Assembly (NCBI GenBank): GCA_032718475.1
Contig: JAUCBJ010008482.1
Location: forward strand, 19,175-83,174
Direction: 5' to 3'
From: Nemertoderma westbladi
Lineage: Eukaryota > Animalia > Xenacoelomorpha
DNA length: 64,000 bases
The notes under the pieces are model-generated. The model was not told the DNA's origin, made no database searches, and worked only from the letters and a program-made list of their open reading frames with translations. Below are positions 1 to 10,865 of the stretch, in pieces (the first letter of the stretch is position 1; each line of letters begins with the position of its first letter). A program made the position numbers and the translations under genes.

Positions 1-21
1 ACAAGTCACTCCACTGTCCGT

Positions 22-1364
22 TAGGGTGGTCCTTATTTTGAAAGGTTGGAATTTAGCATCTCTGACCCCCTCAAATGTTTCCATTTCGTCAAAAAATACG
101 ACATGCGAAATTTTAAGCATGTACATCAAATATTAGAGGTAGCTCATACACACTGAAGTTGAGTGCCTGCTCACCGATTGATCGCGCGCGAAGAATTTAA
201 TAGAGTTTGCTGTTATGAAGGCTTCTGTTGGTCATACAGAGTTAATTTTAGGCTTATTTGAACCGCAATCATCGATTTAGTGGGTGTAGATACCTTCAAA
301 ACAAGAGCTTAGCTAGTAGTTCTTGAGATATCACACAAAAGCTTAAGCCTGGCACACAACTCATCAATCGATCATTCAATTGATTACGCCAAGGGCATAT
401 TGAAATATTGGCATTAACATTTTGTAGGTCTACCTCCCTGCATCTTATTACAGTTAATCTCGATTTTAGCATTGTATAACAATTCAAAGCTATGTTTAGT
501 AAAAAAAAATTCATCACAGCCCCATGGGAAATGCTTGCACAAGCATCACTAATTTGTGTCTAAGCGCCATTTGGTACGATATCAATAATTGGCCACAAAA
601 CTTAACTTTTGGTTAATTATATCTAGGAACTGTTCGTTTAATTTTATTTTGACTGATTTTAAGTGCAGAACCCAAAAATCGCATCTGATTTGTATTTTAA
701 AATGATATGGTGCATGATATACAACAATACTATACTGTACTTCAAAGCATTTTAAGATAAGGATTGATAGATGCAGAGATATGTGAATCCGGCGACCAAA
801 AGGGTTCTAATATATATGGGAAGAAGCTTTGCACATATGTAATATACATAATTAGGCAATGCTGATTCCAAATCTAATTTCAGATTTGCCCTACCACATC
901 AAGTTTTTTCACAATTGCCACTTTGAGTTCAAAAACTTATTGCAAACGACTGTGATGAGTGGCGTAGATTCAAATGAGAATCAAATATGCTCAAAATCAA
1001 TCCAAAACATTGAATGGAGCTTTGTTTAAATGAATTATATATTTTTAAACAATGCTGATTCCAAATCTGCTTTCATATTTGCTATACTGCCATAGGATAT
1101 CAAGTTTTTTTTACAATTACCAATTTAAGTTCAAATTACTTATCGCAAACAATTATTATGAGTGAAAGTAGATTCAATAAGAATAAAATACACCCCCAAA
1201 TCAATCTACAACATATGCTATGGTAAATCTGATAGCAGATTCACCATATAGATTTGTGCTCAAATTTTACTCAAGGTGTTTTTTTATCAGAAGAAAGGAC
1301 TTGGGGGGGTCAGAGGAGAATTTCCACAACTTTTAAATTTTACATTGAAATAAGGACCACCCTA
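22..1364. mobile_element. Non-autonomous hAT-superfamily DNA transposon
   Basis: 17-bp TIR TAGGGTGGTCCTTATTT (22-38) / AAATAAGGACCACCCTA (1348-1364). Perfect 8-bp TSD CTGTCCGT at 14-21 and 1365-1372. Internal diverged subrepeats (~858-1000 vs ~1051-1210). No intact transposase. Confidence 0.88.
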
Positions 1365-2004
1365 CTGTCCGTCCCAAAGGCTTGGATCCACTTGAGGTTC
1401 TTTCTATAGGAGAGTTGGGCTACTTTTGCAATTGCGACTAGCTACTGTAAACATACTTTAGCAGTAACATTCACCTATAAACACACAAATTCCACACAAC
1501 TGTCACCAATTGTACACATACAGGCCATTTGTCCGTTAGTCAGTGCCTTCCAGAATGTCACGTTATTACTGTGTATCCTTGGATACTAACAGTGTGCTAT
1601 GTATTCTCTATGCTATGCAATGGGACAAGCTTTCTATTGTTCTTTTAACTTGCTTCTAATTCTAGCGTGGGTGTTGCTATGGTGACATTATGGAATGCTA
1701 GTGGTAGAATTAGGGTAATTCTCATGCATACAGATCTGGAATGCTATTTAATAGTAATTCTTTAATTGTCAATATCCTCTTTATGCATGATTTTATTAAT
1801 TTCATCGGCTATTGACTATATGTTGGAGATTCTCGCACTCTAATACACTCAATAGGATGAATCTCCGCTCCCTTGATCTATTAATTAATGGAATTTTGGG
1901 AATGTTATAAATTGTATAAAATGACAATTTATTAAATTCATTTAAAATATGAATTTAAATTTATTCCCGTGAATTTTATTATTTGACGTTAAAATTGACA
2001 CAAT

Positions 2005-2264
2005 TTTATTCCAGAGCATGTCTGGGAACTGATGATCCTGAATTCTATAAAAATTGTCTTTTAAGAGTATCGGTAAGTGCTGCGATATCTTAATTGACTA
2101 GAAATTTTAAAGGATCTGAATTTTACAGATTTTAATAAATATTAAATTAATATTTAAGATGGGCACCGATTTATTCCAGAACTTGTCTGGGGACGTTAAC
2201 CACTGATTCTAGAATTTGTCTTTCAAGTATATCGGTAGGTGCCGCGATATCTTAATCGACTAGA
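2005..2264. repeat. Diverged ~95-bp direct duplication downstream of BEL pol
   Basis: TTTATTCCAGA...TATCGGTA(A/G)GTGC(T/C)GCGATATCTTAAT(T/C)GACTAGAA at ~2005-2103 and ~2170-2264. Confidence 0.75.
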
Positions 2265-2806
2265 ATTACAGATGGTCAAAAGGTTTAACAGATTTATTTG
2301 CGTTTTACGCTACTGTTATAGGGACATCACGCTACTATATGTATTATTTAATATAAGGTAGAAGAGCAATATCGCACGAAGCAATGTCAGTGTGAAGAGG
2401 CAAGTCGTTTCCAAGGTCTACCCAGAGCTTGGTTTAGCCGAGACACGAGGATCTGAACTTTGCATTCCTAATACTCTGCCTACCAATAATACTTGAGTAT
2501 AGTAGTGGCTTTATTGTACTTTAATAAGTACGGACATTTGATCTTACTGTAGTCACGTATTTATAATATGATACAGACAGTAAGGAAAGAGAAAAATTAT
2601 TTTTCGCCGTCATACTAAATATATATTATATATGTAATTACGTAATAAACACTAATATATTGCACTAATCTACCAAATAATCTAAAATAACCTTCTACTA
2701 AATAAAATTGAATAAAAACGATTATAATAAAGTACATAATAAAGTTCGCATATAAAATATAATAAAATAGATAAAACAATATAGTCATACACCCACTCCA
2801 GACGTA

Positions 2807-5800
2807 TCACGTTGGGGAGTCCCTAGATGTTTGAGGAATTAGGGAGGTGGTCGTGGGAAGAGTGTCTTGCCTTCCATAGTTTCCGGAGAGTTCTCTGTCT
2901 CTTTCCAGTAAACATAAACGACCAACTGGGCGGTTGAGTTGTTGCGTCTCAAAGATTATGCCTGGCTTCTTGAAGTTACGCCGCATGACGACGAGTTCTA
3001 CCGAGCGTACTAAACCATCATCCGAGATGTGAGTCTCGATGATACGACCTGTCTGCCACCGTTTATGTGGGAGGTCTGAATCTACAATAAGCACCATATC
3101 TCCGGTGCTGACGTTTTCTTGCTGCGCAAACCACTTAGTTCGAAGTTGTAGCGTGGGCAGATAATGTTTCTCGAAATGGTCAGCGAAACGACGGGATAGC
3201 AACTGCATAAGTTGCCAAGTTCGACGGCAGTATTCGTCTCCGTCGGCAATCTCCGATCGTGGGAGCATGGCTACAGGTTTCTTCAGTAGGAAGTGCGCGG
3301 GTGTTAGCGCTTCCAGGGAATCGGGACTCGATGAGACTGGCATAAGCGGTCTCTCGTTGAGATAGGCAGCTATTTCTTCCATTAATGTCCGCAAAAGTTC
3401 GTCGGTGAGATACGCGCGGCATGGCACTATAAAGTGAAATGCGGTCTTGACACTTCTAATTAATCTCTCCCAACTTCCTCCCCACCAAGGGGCGTCGGCG
3501 GCGTTGAAGGTCCAGCTAGATGCTGTTATCCTTAGCTGATCGTCCACCTGTCTTTGGTTCCAGTCCTTCACGTAAGCCTGGATTTCGTTGTTGGCACCAA
3601 TGAAGTTCGTTCCCTTATCCGATCTCATGGTATTACTCGTCCCGAAGCGAGAGATCTGTCGGCGTAAACTTAAGACGAAGCTGTTGGTAGATAGATCGTT
3701 CACCATATCGAGATGGATGGCTCTACAAGTCATGCATACGAAGATGACACACCATCTCTTGACTATAGTCCTAGCACGATATACTTCAATAGGGCCAAAT
3801 AAATCTACACCAGTATTAGTAAAAGGTGGTTCATAGAAGCTTACTCGTTCCCTAGGTAATTCTGCCTCTCGCTGTGTTAAAGGCCTACTGAATGCTTTCC
3901 TACAGGGTATGCAGTTCCTAAGAACTTGGTTCAGAGCTCTACGGGGTTTATCAAAATAATAGCGAGTTCGAATTTCGCTAAGAACTCGTTCTCTACCAGC
4001 ATGATAAAGTTTACTGTGAACATCTACAATCATCTTGATTTGTACTTCAAGATTTCTAATGAGTATGGGGAATTTAGTGTCAAAGGATAATGGCGCATTG
4101 GTGAGCCTTCCTCCAACACGTATTAACCCATCTATCATTGTGCTAGAGAAGCGATCCCTTAAGCGCATCTGCGGATTTCTCAACAACAGGAAATACTTAT
4201 CGGAATCCTCATAGCATTGCAGGAGTCTCAGTATCTGCTTATTGGTTTCTTCATGCTCCTGGTAACTAATTTTCTCCTTGAGAAACCGGTCAGATGTCTT
4301 ATATTTGGGTAAATTTTTAATAACATGAACTTGCGCAGATGTCAATGGAGCGGTATCACTAATGGTCTTCGTCCTGGAGTAGTGATGATGAAAATATCTC
4401 CTTAAATATGTGACGGCTTTACAGAGCCGATTCCAGGAACTGTAGTGATGCATTGTTCTCTGCAGCAGGGGTGAGATTCCTTGCGAGACGTCTGGTATTC
4501 CAGATTTCCAATCTCTATCTCTAATTTCCACAACAGACTTATTTGTGGCGAGGGATTGTGGATCCGAAGCATCATTTCTGGAAGTATGTAATACAGATAG
4601 ATCGATCGTCGGTTTAAATAACTTCGATTTACTCGCCCGGGTTTTAGGTTTGACTGTCTCCGCTCCCTTGGCTTGTCTAATTTCCGCCGTAGTAAGGTGA
4701 GGAGGCCATTCATCCTCTTCCTTGCTCAGGAAGTCGGGCCCACCCAACCAGTCTGGAGTATCTATCAGTTCCTGTGGAGTTGCTCCCCGGGAGGCGATAT
4801 CGGCTGGATTAATCGTACCAGGGCAATGTCTCGATTGATCTATCTTTGTGCGACTAAGAATAATAGCTACCCTGTTAGTAACAAAAACGCTGAACTGACA
4901 GACTTCATTGGTTAGATACTCCAACACGAGTAAAGCGTCGATCCAATAAACCGTTTTCTCCAGTGGATAGTCGATTTGTTCTGTTACGTTCCGGCCGATG
5001 GCTGTAGCGTATAAAGCCGCCTTTAACTCCGCTCGAGGAACCTTTAACTTGTTGTTAATCAATGCCTTAGAGGTAACCAAGGCGACTTTGATTCCATCCG
5101 GAGTTTCGACTCGCAGATATGCTACTATACCTATTCCCATGTCGCTGGCGTCTCCAAACACATGTAGTTGATAGGAATACGTAGGAAGAACATGACCAAA
5201 ATATGCATGGGAAATTATAAAGTTCTCGATGGCCAGTAGAGAATCTTCCCATTTCATCCATTTCTTCAACAGTTCTCCCTTAAGCGGATCGTCCCATGAG
5301 TGGTTTTCAAGCCACATTTGTTGTACTAAACTCCGAGCAATCAATATAACTGGGCTAATAAATCCCAATGGGTCAAAATAAGTGCTCAGGATACTTAAAC
5401 AAATCCGTTTGGTCTGAACTGGATTATCTCGCTGTTTTAGCTGAAAAAACAGGATATCCTTTTCAGTGTCCCACTTCAAGCCAAGCGTCTTGGTTTCTGG
5501 AAGATCATCCTTTATTAAGTCTAGGTCTTTCGCTCCTCGGTCTTCTACCGGTATCGCTTCCAGAAACTCACGGGAGTTGCTGGTGAATTTCGTCAGTCGA
5601 AATCCACCTCTTTTCAAACACTCTACCGTTCCTTTCGCGACATCAATGGCTTCTTCTACTGATGGAAGGGACCTTAAATTGTCGTCCATGTATATATTAC
5701 GCTTGATGTTGTCTATCACCTCTTTTGAGAAGGCGTCTCGGTCGTCATTCGCAGTGGTCCGCACCACGGAGCAGGCGTTGGAAGGGCTTGATATGATCCC

Positions 5801-6262
5801 AAAAGCCTGGATGGTCATCCAGTACTCTACCGGTTTCTGGTTGAGATCTCCTTCAGGCCACCACAGAAATCTCAGGCTGTCTCTATCTCTATCCAGCGCC
5901 TTGACTTGTAAGAACATTCCTTCTATATCGGAGGCGAACGCGATGGAATATTGTCTTAATCTTAAAAGTATTCCCAACAAAGATTGGAGTAAGTTGGGTC
6001 CTGGTAACAACTCGGAATTGAGGGATTGGCCCATATATAGAGCGGAGCCATCGAATACGACTCGTACTTCATGGGGTTTACCGGGTTTGGGAACGTAATG
6101 ATGTGTTAAGTAATACGTTCTCTCAGTCACTGGTGTTCCTTCCAGTACTCGCTCCGCGTATCCCTTTGTAATAAATTTCTTCAACTGAGTTTGGTACATT
6201 TCTTTAGCTGAAGCATTAGCCGTAAGGCGTCGATGTAATTGAGCGATTCTTTTCTCTGCCAA
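2807..6262 (-). CDS. pol: BEL/Pao pol: reverse transcriptase, RNase H, integrase
   Basis: RT motifs RVVFDGS, DIEGMFLQV, YMDD and KTLGLKWD. RNase H motifs LHVFGDAS and PRAELKA. NPADIASRG. Integrase zinc finger H..LYHAG...CIPC and DDE motifs GVDLFGP, RSDKGTNF, GGSWERL. The frame is open upstream of the listed start (INNRPLAEKR). Confidence 0.93.
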   Translation of the reverse strand: MAEKRIAQLHRRLTANASAKEMYQTQLKKFITKGYAERVLEGTPVTERTYYLTHHYVPKPGKPHEVRVVFDGSALYMGQSLNSELLPGPNLLQSLLGILLRLRQYSIAFASDIEGMFLQVKALDRDRDSLRFLWWPEGDLNQKPVEYWMTIQAFGIISSPSNACSVVRTTANDDRDAFSKEVIDNIKRNIYMDDNLRSLPSVEEAIDVAKGTVECLKRGGFRLTKFTSNSREFLEAIPVEDRGAKDLDLIKDDLPETKTLGLKWDTEKDILFFQLKQRDNPVQTKRICLSILSTYFDPLGFISPVILIARSLVQQMWLENHSWDDPLKGELLKKWMKWEDSLLAIENFIISHAYFGHVLPTYSYQLHVFGDASDMGIGIVAYLRVETPDGIKVALVTSKALINNKLKVPRAELKAALYATAIGRNVTEQIDYPLEKTVYWIDALLVLEYLTNEVCQFSVFVTNRVAIILSRTKIDQSRHCPGTINPADIASRGATPQELIDTPDWLGGPDFLSKEEDEWPPHLTTAEIRQAKGAETVKPKTRASKSKLFKPTIDLSVLHTSRNDASDPQSLATNKSVVEIRDRDWKSGIPDVSQGISPLLQRTMHHYSSWNRLCKAVTYLRRYFHHHYSRTKTISDTAPLTSAQVHVIKNLPKYKTSDRFLKEKISYQEHEETNKQILRLLQCYEDSDKYFLLLRNPQMRLRDRFSSTMIDGLIRVGGRLTNAPLSFDTKFPILIRNLEVQIKMIVDVHSKLYHAGRERVLSEIRTRYYFDKPRRALNQVLRNCIPCRKAFSRPLTQREAELPRERVSFYEPPFTNTGVDLFGPIEVYRARTIVKRWCVIFVCMTCRAIHLDMVNDLSTNSFVLSLRRQISRFGTSNTMRSDKGTNFIGANNEIQAYVKDWNQRQVDDQLRITASSWTFNAADAPWWGGSWERLIRSVKTAFHFIVPCRAYLTDELLRTLMEEIAAYLNERPLMPVSSSPDSLEALTPAHFLLKKPVAMLPRSEIADGDEYCRRTWQLMQLLSRRFADHFEKHYLPTLQLRTKWFAQQENVSTGDMVLIVDSDLPHKRWQTGRIIETHISDDGLVRSVELVVMRRNFKKPGIIFETQQLNRPVGRLCLLERDRELSGNYGRQDTLPTTTSLIPQTSRDSPT

Positions 6263-6269
6263 GGGTCTG

Positions 6270-9200
6270 TTATTTATAAATCGATTTCATATCGATTTCA
6301 AGGCCGATTTCATATCTACCTTGGTCCTTTAAAAAACGTGTAGTTGTTTCCTGGATTTGCTTGGCTCTTTCTTCTTCTATCGATAGGGCCTTATCGTATG
6401 AATTGGGCTCTACCAGTTCTTGAGTAAAGAATCGTACGGCTAGTTCGTCCCGAGTTCTAGCGTTGTAGCGCTCTATCTCATCATTTAGTTCGTCATTGTA
6501 ATCAATGGGTCCCGATGGGCGAATCAGTTGACATAGGTTCACCTGGTTTTTCCACGTTTTGTTTTCTGTAAGTAGGTCGATTGTGTTCTCTTCATCGAAG
6601 AGTTGGTAGATGTCGTCATTATCTGAGGAGTATAGTGTTCCCTCAGTTAGTTCTTCCACCTCACTGCTCTCCACTTCCCAATCGTTTACTTGGTATATTC
6701 GTTCTTGTGGCATTCTCTCTTCGAGAGTTCTGCGGGAAGGGCCAGTAAAGTACCAACCTACTCTAGTTCTTACCGCATAGGTTTGCAGTGGCTGCGGTTG
6801 AGCAGGCCGTTTCTCCAATGTCTCGAGCGCCTCATGCGCGTTTTGGCCGATGAGTATTTGCACTCCAGGATAATCTGTCTGGAATCGAGGTATCTTAAGA
6901 TGTTGAATGCTCTCATCCTCGTCCCAATTATAAAGGTCTGCTTGGGTAGTAGCGAAGTTCTTTATAGCCACCATTTTTACCGACCTTATACCTTGTGCTC
7001 CTAATTTATCCTGGGGGGTGGACAACACACCTACATAGTAATCTGCCGTTAGGGTAGATTTCCAAACCTGCATAATTCCTGACATATTCAATTTAGTCCG
7101 GAATTTGGGTTGTCCAGCAAAGATATCTTCGGCTAGTTCTTGATCGATGAATGTTCCTGTGCTGCCGGAGTCAAGGAGGGCGTTCACTATGTAACTTTTG
7201 CTAGGACCATGAACTCTTACCTGCACTACAGGAAATTCTCTGATTCCTACGTTGGAAGTTGGAGCTTTCCAAGATGGTTGTCTGGCAAAAGTAGTTGGGG
7301 GGAACTCATTGTCGGTGTCCTTTTCATAAGTAAGTGCTCGATACACCGCGGTATTGATTAGGTAACAGGATTCGTTGGTGTCGGAGAATTCGTCAGTATA
7401 GAATCCTTCCATCTCAGACTCTTGATCAGTGTCGTTTACATCACTGAATTGGACATGTAGTTCGGGCTCACTTACCTTACTCGGGTTGTTTCGTTCGAAC
7501 TCACTGTGTAACAAGATGTGATGTTTCGCGTCACACTTTGCACACTTTACGTCGGAGTAACAGGTTCGCCGTTGGTGTCCTGATCTGAGGCAATTATAGC
7601 ATAACCGCTTATCCCACACGACTGCACGTCTGTCTACAAGGGATTTCTTTAGAAATTCGGCACACGCACTCAAACGGTGGGTCCCGTCGCACACCGCACA
7701 GTTAGGTTTTATGTTACTCACTTTACCTTGGGTAACTTGATGCACTCTCGTTCTTTCTTCAGGCTTTCTTCGGTGCATTCTGTTAGGAGACTGAGGAGGG
7801 GTCTTGGCAACCTGTTCTCTCCTATCGATGTTTCGAGCCTTGTATTTACTTACGTCTTTTGAGGTTTTGTCAACGTAGTAAGATCTATCAGTGTCTTTCC
7901 CGCTGTCCTCTTCTTGAGAAGCTTGGCTTTCGCCGTCGTCAGTGTAACACACTGGTGTTACTCTTCTCCTAGAAGCGGGTTTCTCACTTACCTTATTTTC
8001 CGATGTTTTCTCTCTGGACTGCTTGATGAGTTGTAGTTTTACTTCACCATCTAAGAAGGACATGAGATCAGCCATGGTAGGGCTTCGTCGTTGTTGTTCA
8101 TTCATGTACAAAACTTTCTTGTCCCAGCGTGTACATACTCCACCCTTTGGTAAAGTAGAGACTACGGCTCCAATAACCATGGAACTCTGATATTCATGAG
8201 ACTTACCTAACCAGTCCAATTGTCTACAGATCTCCTGAATCTCATCGGAAAACTCTATAATCCCGCTACTAAGGAAGTTTCGGGGGGCTACTAATTTTGC
8301 ATACAAATACTTAGCTATGTTATCCTTGTTACCGTACCTGATGTTTAATGTATCCCAAACTTGTCTTAATCCTTCTGGATGTCCAATAAACTTTAACGCC
8401 ATTAACTTGGGAGGTCCTTCCAAACACTTGATGAGGAATCTAAGCTTCTCGCCGTTAGATAGTACAGAGTTCTGTATGCTATCTTTGTAATATTCATTGA
8501 AAGGTAACCATTTCATCTCATCTCCATTGAATTTGACGATCTCTCCCACTTTAACCGCTTGGCGGGCTTCTGTTCTAGCCATCTGATGCGTAAAGCTTTC
8601 TTGGGCCATCGTGTTATTTAATATCGAATTATCGGTATATAAATTTCCCGGATTATTATCAGGTCTATAGGGAATATCATTAACAACAGGTTTATAATCA
8701 CCCTTAATAGGGTTTGCTATAGGAGTTTCTACTTCACTAGCAGTATCCACACCTTGCGCATGTGATACTTCAGACCTAACAGGTTGACACAATGTTACTG
8801 GGGGTATTGGTATACCCTTTTGTATATTGACTAATTTGTCACGTTCTAGCGCGATACTTTGCTGCACTTCTTGTAATTCTGCCCTACCTTCCCTTACTGT
8901 TCCCTTAAGTTGGTGGACAGTCTCCTGCATCTGTCCGAGCAGGAGGTTCATCCCCCGCCGTCCCTCCTCTACCCACTCGACAGCCGAAGCGGGAGTCGCC
9001 AACATTGTAGCGGGCTGACGCTGGACGACGGGAGACAAATCTTTGATTTCTCTCTCTGTTTCCAGGACAGGGATATTCTCATGGACTGTTCTACCGGGTA
9101 CAGGCAGTGTAGTACTGTGTAAAGGGAATTTAGAGTTAAGCTCTGGAAGTACAGGGGTCTCTAGCACAGGAGTGACTTTGGGAACGACAGGCCTAATTAT

Positions 9201-10865
9201 TTCAGGCTCATCAACTATAGTAGGGAGTCTTTTGACCTTAATAATTTGGTCTATAGGTTCTATACTACTTAAGTCTGTGCTAGCTAGTTGTCTTCTAACA
9301 GCTGGGGGCAAATCAGGCAATTTGTAACGGTGGGATGTTTTTCTACGCCTGCTTAGACGAGATCTATTTCCTCCGCCTTCAGGATCGGTGGTTTCGCTTT
9401 CCTCCGATGATGTGTATCCCTGGCGTTTGGGAGTAGATCTTCTCATCATCTGCATGTGACTAGCAGTTAACTGTTTATTTATGAAGTCTTGCGTCTCTTG
9501 CAGATTTTCCAACTCTAGTTGGGTAGTCTCCTCAGACGCTCTCCATTCTGCTTCTGCCACCGCTGCTTTTCTTTCTGCTTCTGCTTCTGCCGCCATTGCT
9601 TTTCTTTTTGCTTCTGCTTCTGCCACCGTTACTGCTGCTGCCTTTCTTTCTGCTTCGGCTTCTGCCACCGTTACTGCTGCTGCCTTTCGGTCCTCTATCC
9701 GTTTTTTCTTTACTTGTTCCTCTTGGACTCTAGCGAGGCGGAGTTTTTCATCAAATTTAGCTTGGTTCGCAGCTAACATTTCCGCATCGATTGAGTCCAA
9801 CACAAGCTTGGTTCCTTCACTATTGGGGCGAAGTCCAGCCAGTCGTCTCCTCAACTCCTCATCACCCAAGAAACGTTGATAGTCTGACAGATAGATGTCT
9901 ATGGCGTCTCTCGAGGGCGGCTTCTCTGCTGCTGTCTCTTCGCTTTCCACTTGAGAAAGGGTGGCATCGGTTGGTTCTTCATAGGTTGGTCTCTCAGCCA
10001 GCTGGGATTTCCACTGGGCCGTTTCTTGAACTTTGAGACCGACCCGCTGGAACCAAGTCTTGACAGCAACCTGCAGCGACGTGTCCTGTCTTCTTTTGGA
10101 AGTTTCCTCAAAGGCTGATAAGATTAGTCTAATGCGTAGGGTTCTTTCGCGTACTTGATAAAGCAGCTCTTCCTGCTCTTGAGGTCCTTGGGGTTGTCGA
10201 AACAGTTGTTCTTCTAATCGCTCTAAGGAGCCGAAGAATCCCTGCACATATCCTGCTGCAGACCTCTTCCAAACAGCTGGATCCATCGTATCTTTAGTCA
10301 CTCCCATCCTGTGTATGTCTTCCCAAGTAGCTTCGGACAAATCCATCGGGAGTCCGGGTCCGGGAAAGTTCCATTGTGACTCGACAATAGACATCAATTC
10401 TTCCCTGGCGTATCCCGCATAACTATCTTGGGTCGCTCGCTTACTTCTCGCCCAATCAGCTTGATGTTCCTCCACCGCAATCAATATAGTAGTTAGCACT
10501 GCGGCAGGAAGGGTGAGAAGGGGATCCGAGTAGGCTGTAGCCGCCATCTGCACTCCGCGTTCGGGGGTCAGCTCTACAGTATCCGAACTACTGGAGCTAT
10601 CGGGTCGCTGGGAACGAGTTTCTTGACTAGGCTGTTGCTGCTGTTGGACAGCTGCTTCCTGGTTCCGTTTGACCTGGGCCCAAGTGCCGATGATAGACCT
10701 ACGGTGTTGGATTAGCTTAGGGTCTGATACTACTACTGGAGGGATGACCTTTCTTTCAGTAGGAGGTGAGCTGAACTCCTTTCTTAATCGCTCCACACTC
10801 CTATCTGTGTCACAGATGGTTGTATCGATTAAACTGTCTGACAGGTTTTGCTGGGTGTCAGACAT
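6270..10865 (-). CDS. gag: BEL/Pao gag plus aspartic protease (1531 aa)
   Basis: Pao gag core (KFNGDEMKWLPF, EKLRFLIKCLEG, WDTLNIRYG). Three Cys/His knuckles (CAVCDGTHRLSAC, CYNCLRSGHQRRTC, CAKCDAKHHILLH). Protease motif ALLDSGS and ILIG. Confidence 0.9.
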   Translation of the reverse strand: MSDTQQNLSDSLIDTTICDTDRSVERLRKEFSSPPTERKVIPPVVVSDPKLIQHRRSIIGTWAQVKRNQEAAVQQQQQPSQETRSQRPDSSSSSDTVELTPERGVQMAATAYSDPLLTLPAAVLTTILIAVEEHQADWARSKRATQDSYAGYAREELMSIVESQWNFPGPGLPMDLSEATWEDIHRMGVTKDTMDPAVWKRSAAGYVQGFFGSLERLEEQLFRQPQGPQEQEELLYQVRERTLRIRLILSAFEETSKRRQDTSLQVAVKTWFQRVGLKVQETAQWKSQLAERPTYEEPTDATLSQVESEETAAEKPPSRDAIDIYLSDYQRFLGDEELRRRLAGLRPNSEGTKLVLDSIDAEMLAANQAKFDEKLRLARVQEEQVKKKRIEDRKAAAVTVAEAEAERKAAAVTVAEAEAKRKAMAAEAEAERKAAVAEAEWRASEETTQLELENLQETQDFINKQLTASHMQMMRRSTPKRQGYTSSEESETTDPEGGGNRSRLSRRRKTSHRYKLPDLPPAVRRQLASTDLSSIEPIDQIIKVKRLPTIVDEPEIIRPVVPKVTPVLETPVLPELNSKFPLHSTTLPVPGRTVHENIPVLETEREIKDLSPVVQRQPATMLATPASAVEWVEEGRRGMNLLLGQMQETVHQLKGTVREGRAELQEVQQSIALERDKLVNIQKGIPIPPVTLCQPVRSEVSHAQGVDTASEVETPIANPIKGDYKPVVNDIPYRPDNNPGNLYTDNSILNNTMAQESFTHQMARTEARQAVKVGEIVKFNGDEMKWLPFNEYYKDSIQNSVLSNGEKLRFLIKCLEGPPKLMALKFIGHPEGLRQVWDTLNIRYGNKDNIAKYLYAKLVAPRNFLSSGIIEFSDEIQEICRQLDWLGKSHEYQSSMVIGAVVSTLPKGGVCTRWDKKVLYMNEQQRRSPTMADLMSFLDGEVKLQLIKQSREKTSENKVSEKPASRRRVTPVCYTDDGESQASQEEDSGKDTDRSYYVDKTSKDVSKYKARNIDRREQVAKTPPQSPNRMHRRKPEERTRVHQVTQGKVSNIKPNCAVCDGTHRLSACAEFLKKSLVDRRAVVWDKRLCYNCLRSGHQRRTCYSDVKCAKCDAKHHILLHSEFERNNPSKVSEPELHVQFSDVNDTDQESEMEGFYTDEFSDTNESCYLINTAVYRALTYEKDTDNEFPPTTFARQPSWKAPTSNVGIREFPVVQVRVHGPSKSYIVNALLDSGSTGTFIDQELAEDIFAGQPKFRTKLNMSGIMQVWKSTLTADYYVGVLSTPQDKLGAQGIRSVKMVAIKNFATTQADLYNWDEDESIQHLKIPRFQTDYPGVQILIGQNAHEALETLEKRPAQPQPLQTYAVRTRVGWYFTGPSRRTLEERMPQERIYQVNDWEVESSEVEELTEGTLYSSDNDDIYQLFDEENTIDLLTENKTWKNQVNLCQLIRPSGPIDYNDELNDEIERYNARTRDELAVRFFTQELVEPNSYDKALSIEEERAKQIQETTTRFLKDQGRYEIGLEIDMKSIYK

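Larger units (their letters stand above)
2807..10865 (-). mobile_element. BEL/Pao LTR retrotransposon internal coding region (LTRs not located)
   Basis: Domain order gag (3 zinc knuckles)-PR-RT-RNase H-IN with Pao-type motifs. The repeat-rich region 10866-~13100 is probably its leader. Confidence 0.93.

Noticed and set aside
1373-1725. Possible env-like third ORF of the BEL element (minus strand, hydrophobic start, NVT sequons, several Cys)
   Set aside because: At least five stops and a frameshift in ~115 codons, no better than random, while gag and pol are nearly intact.
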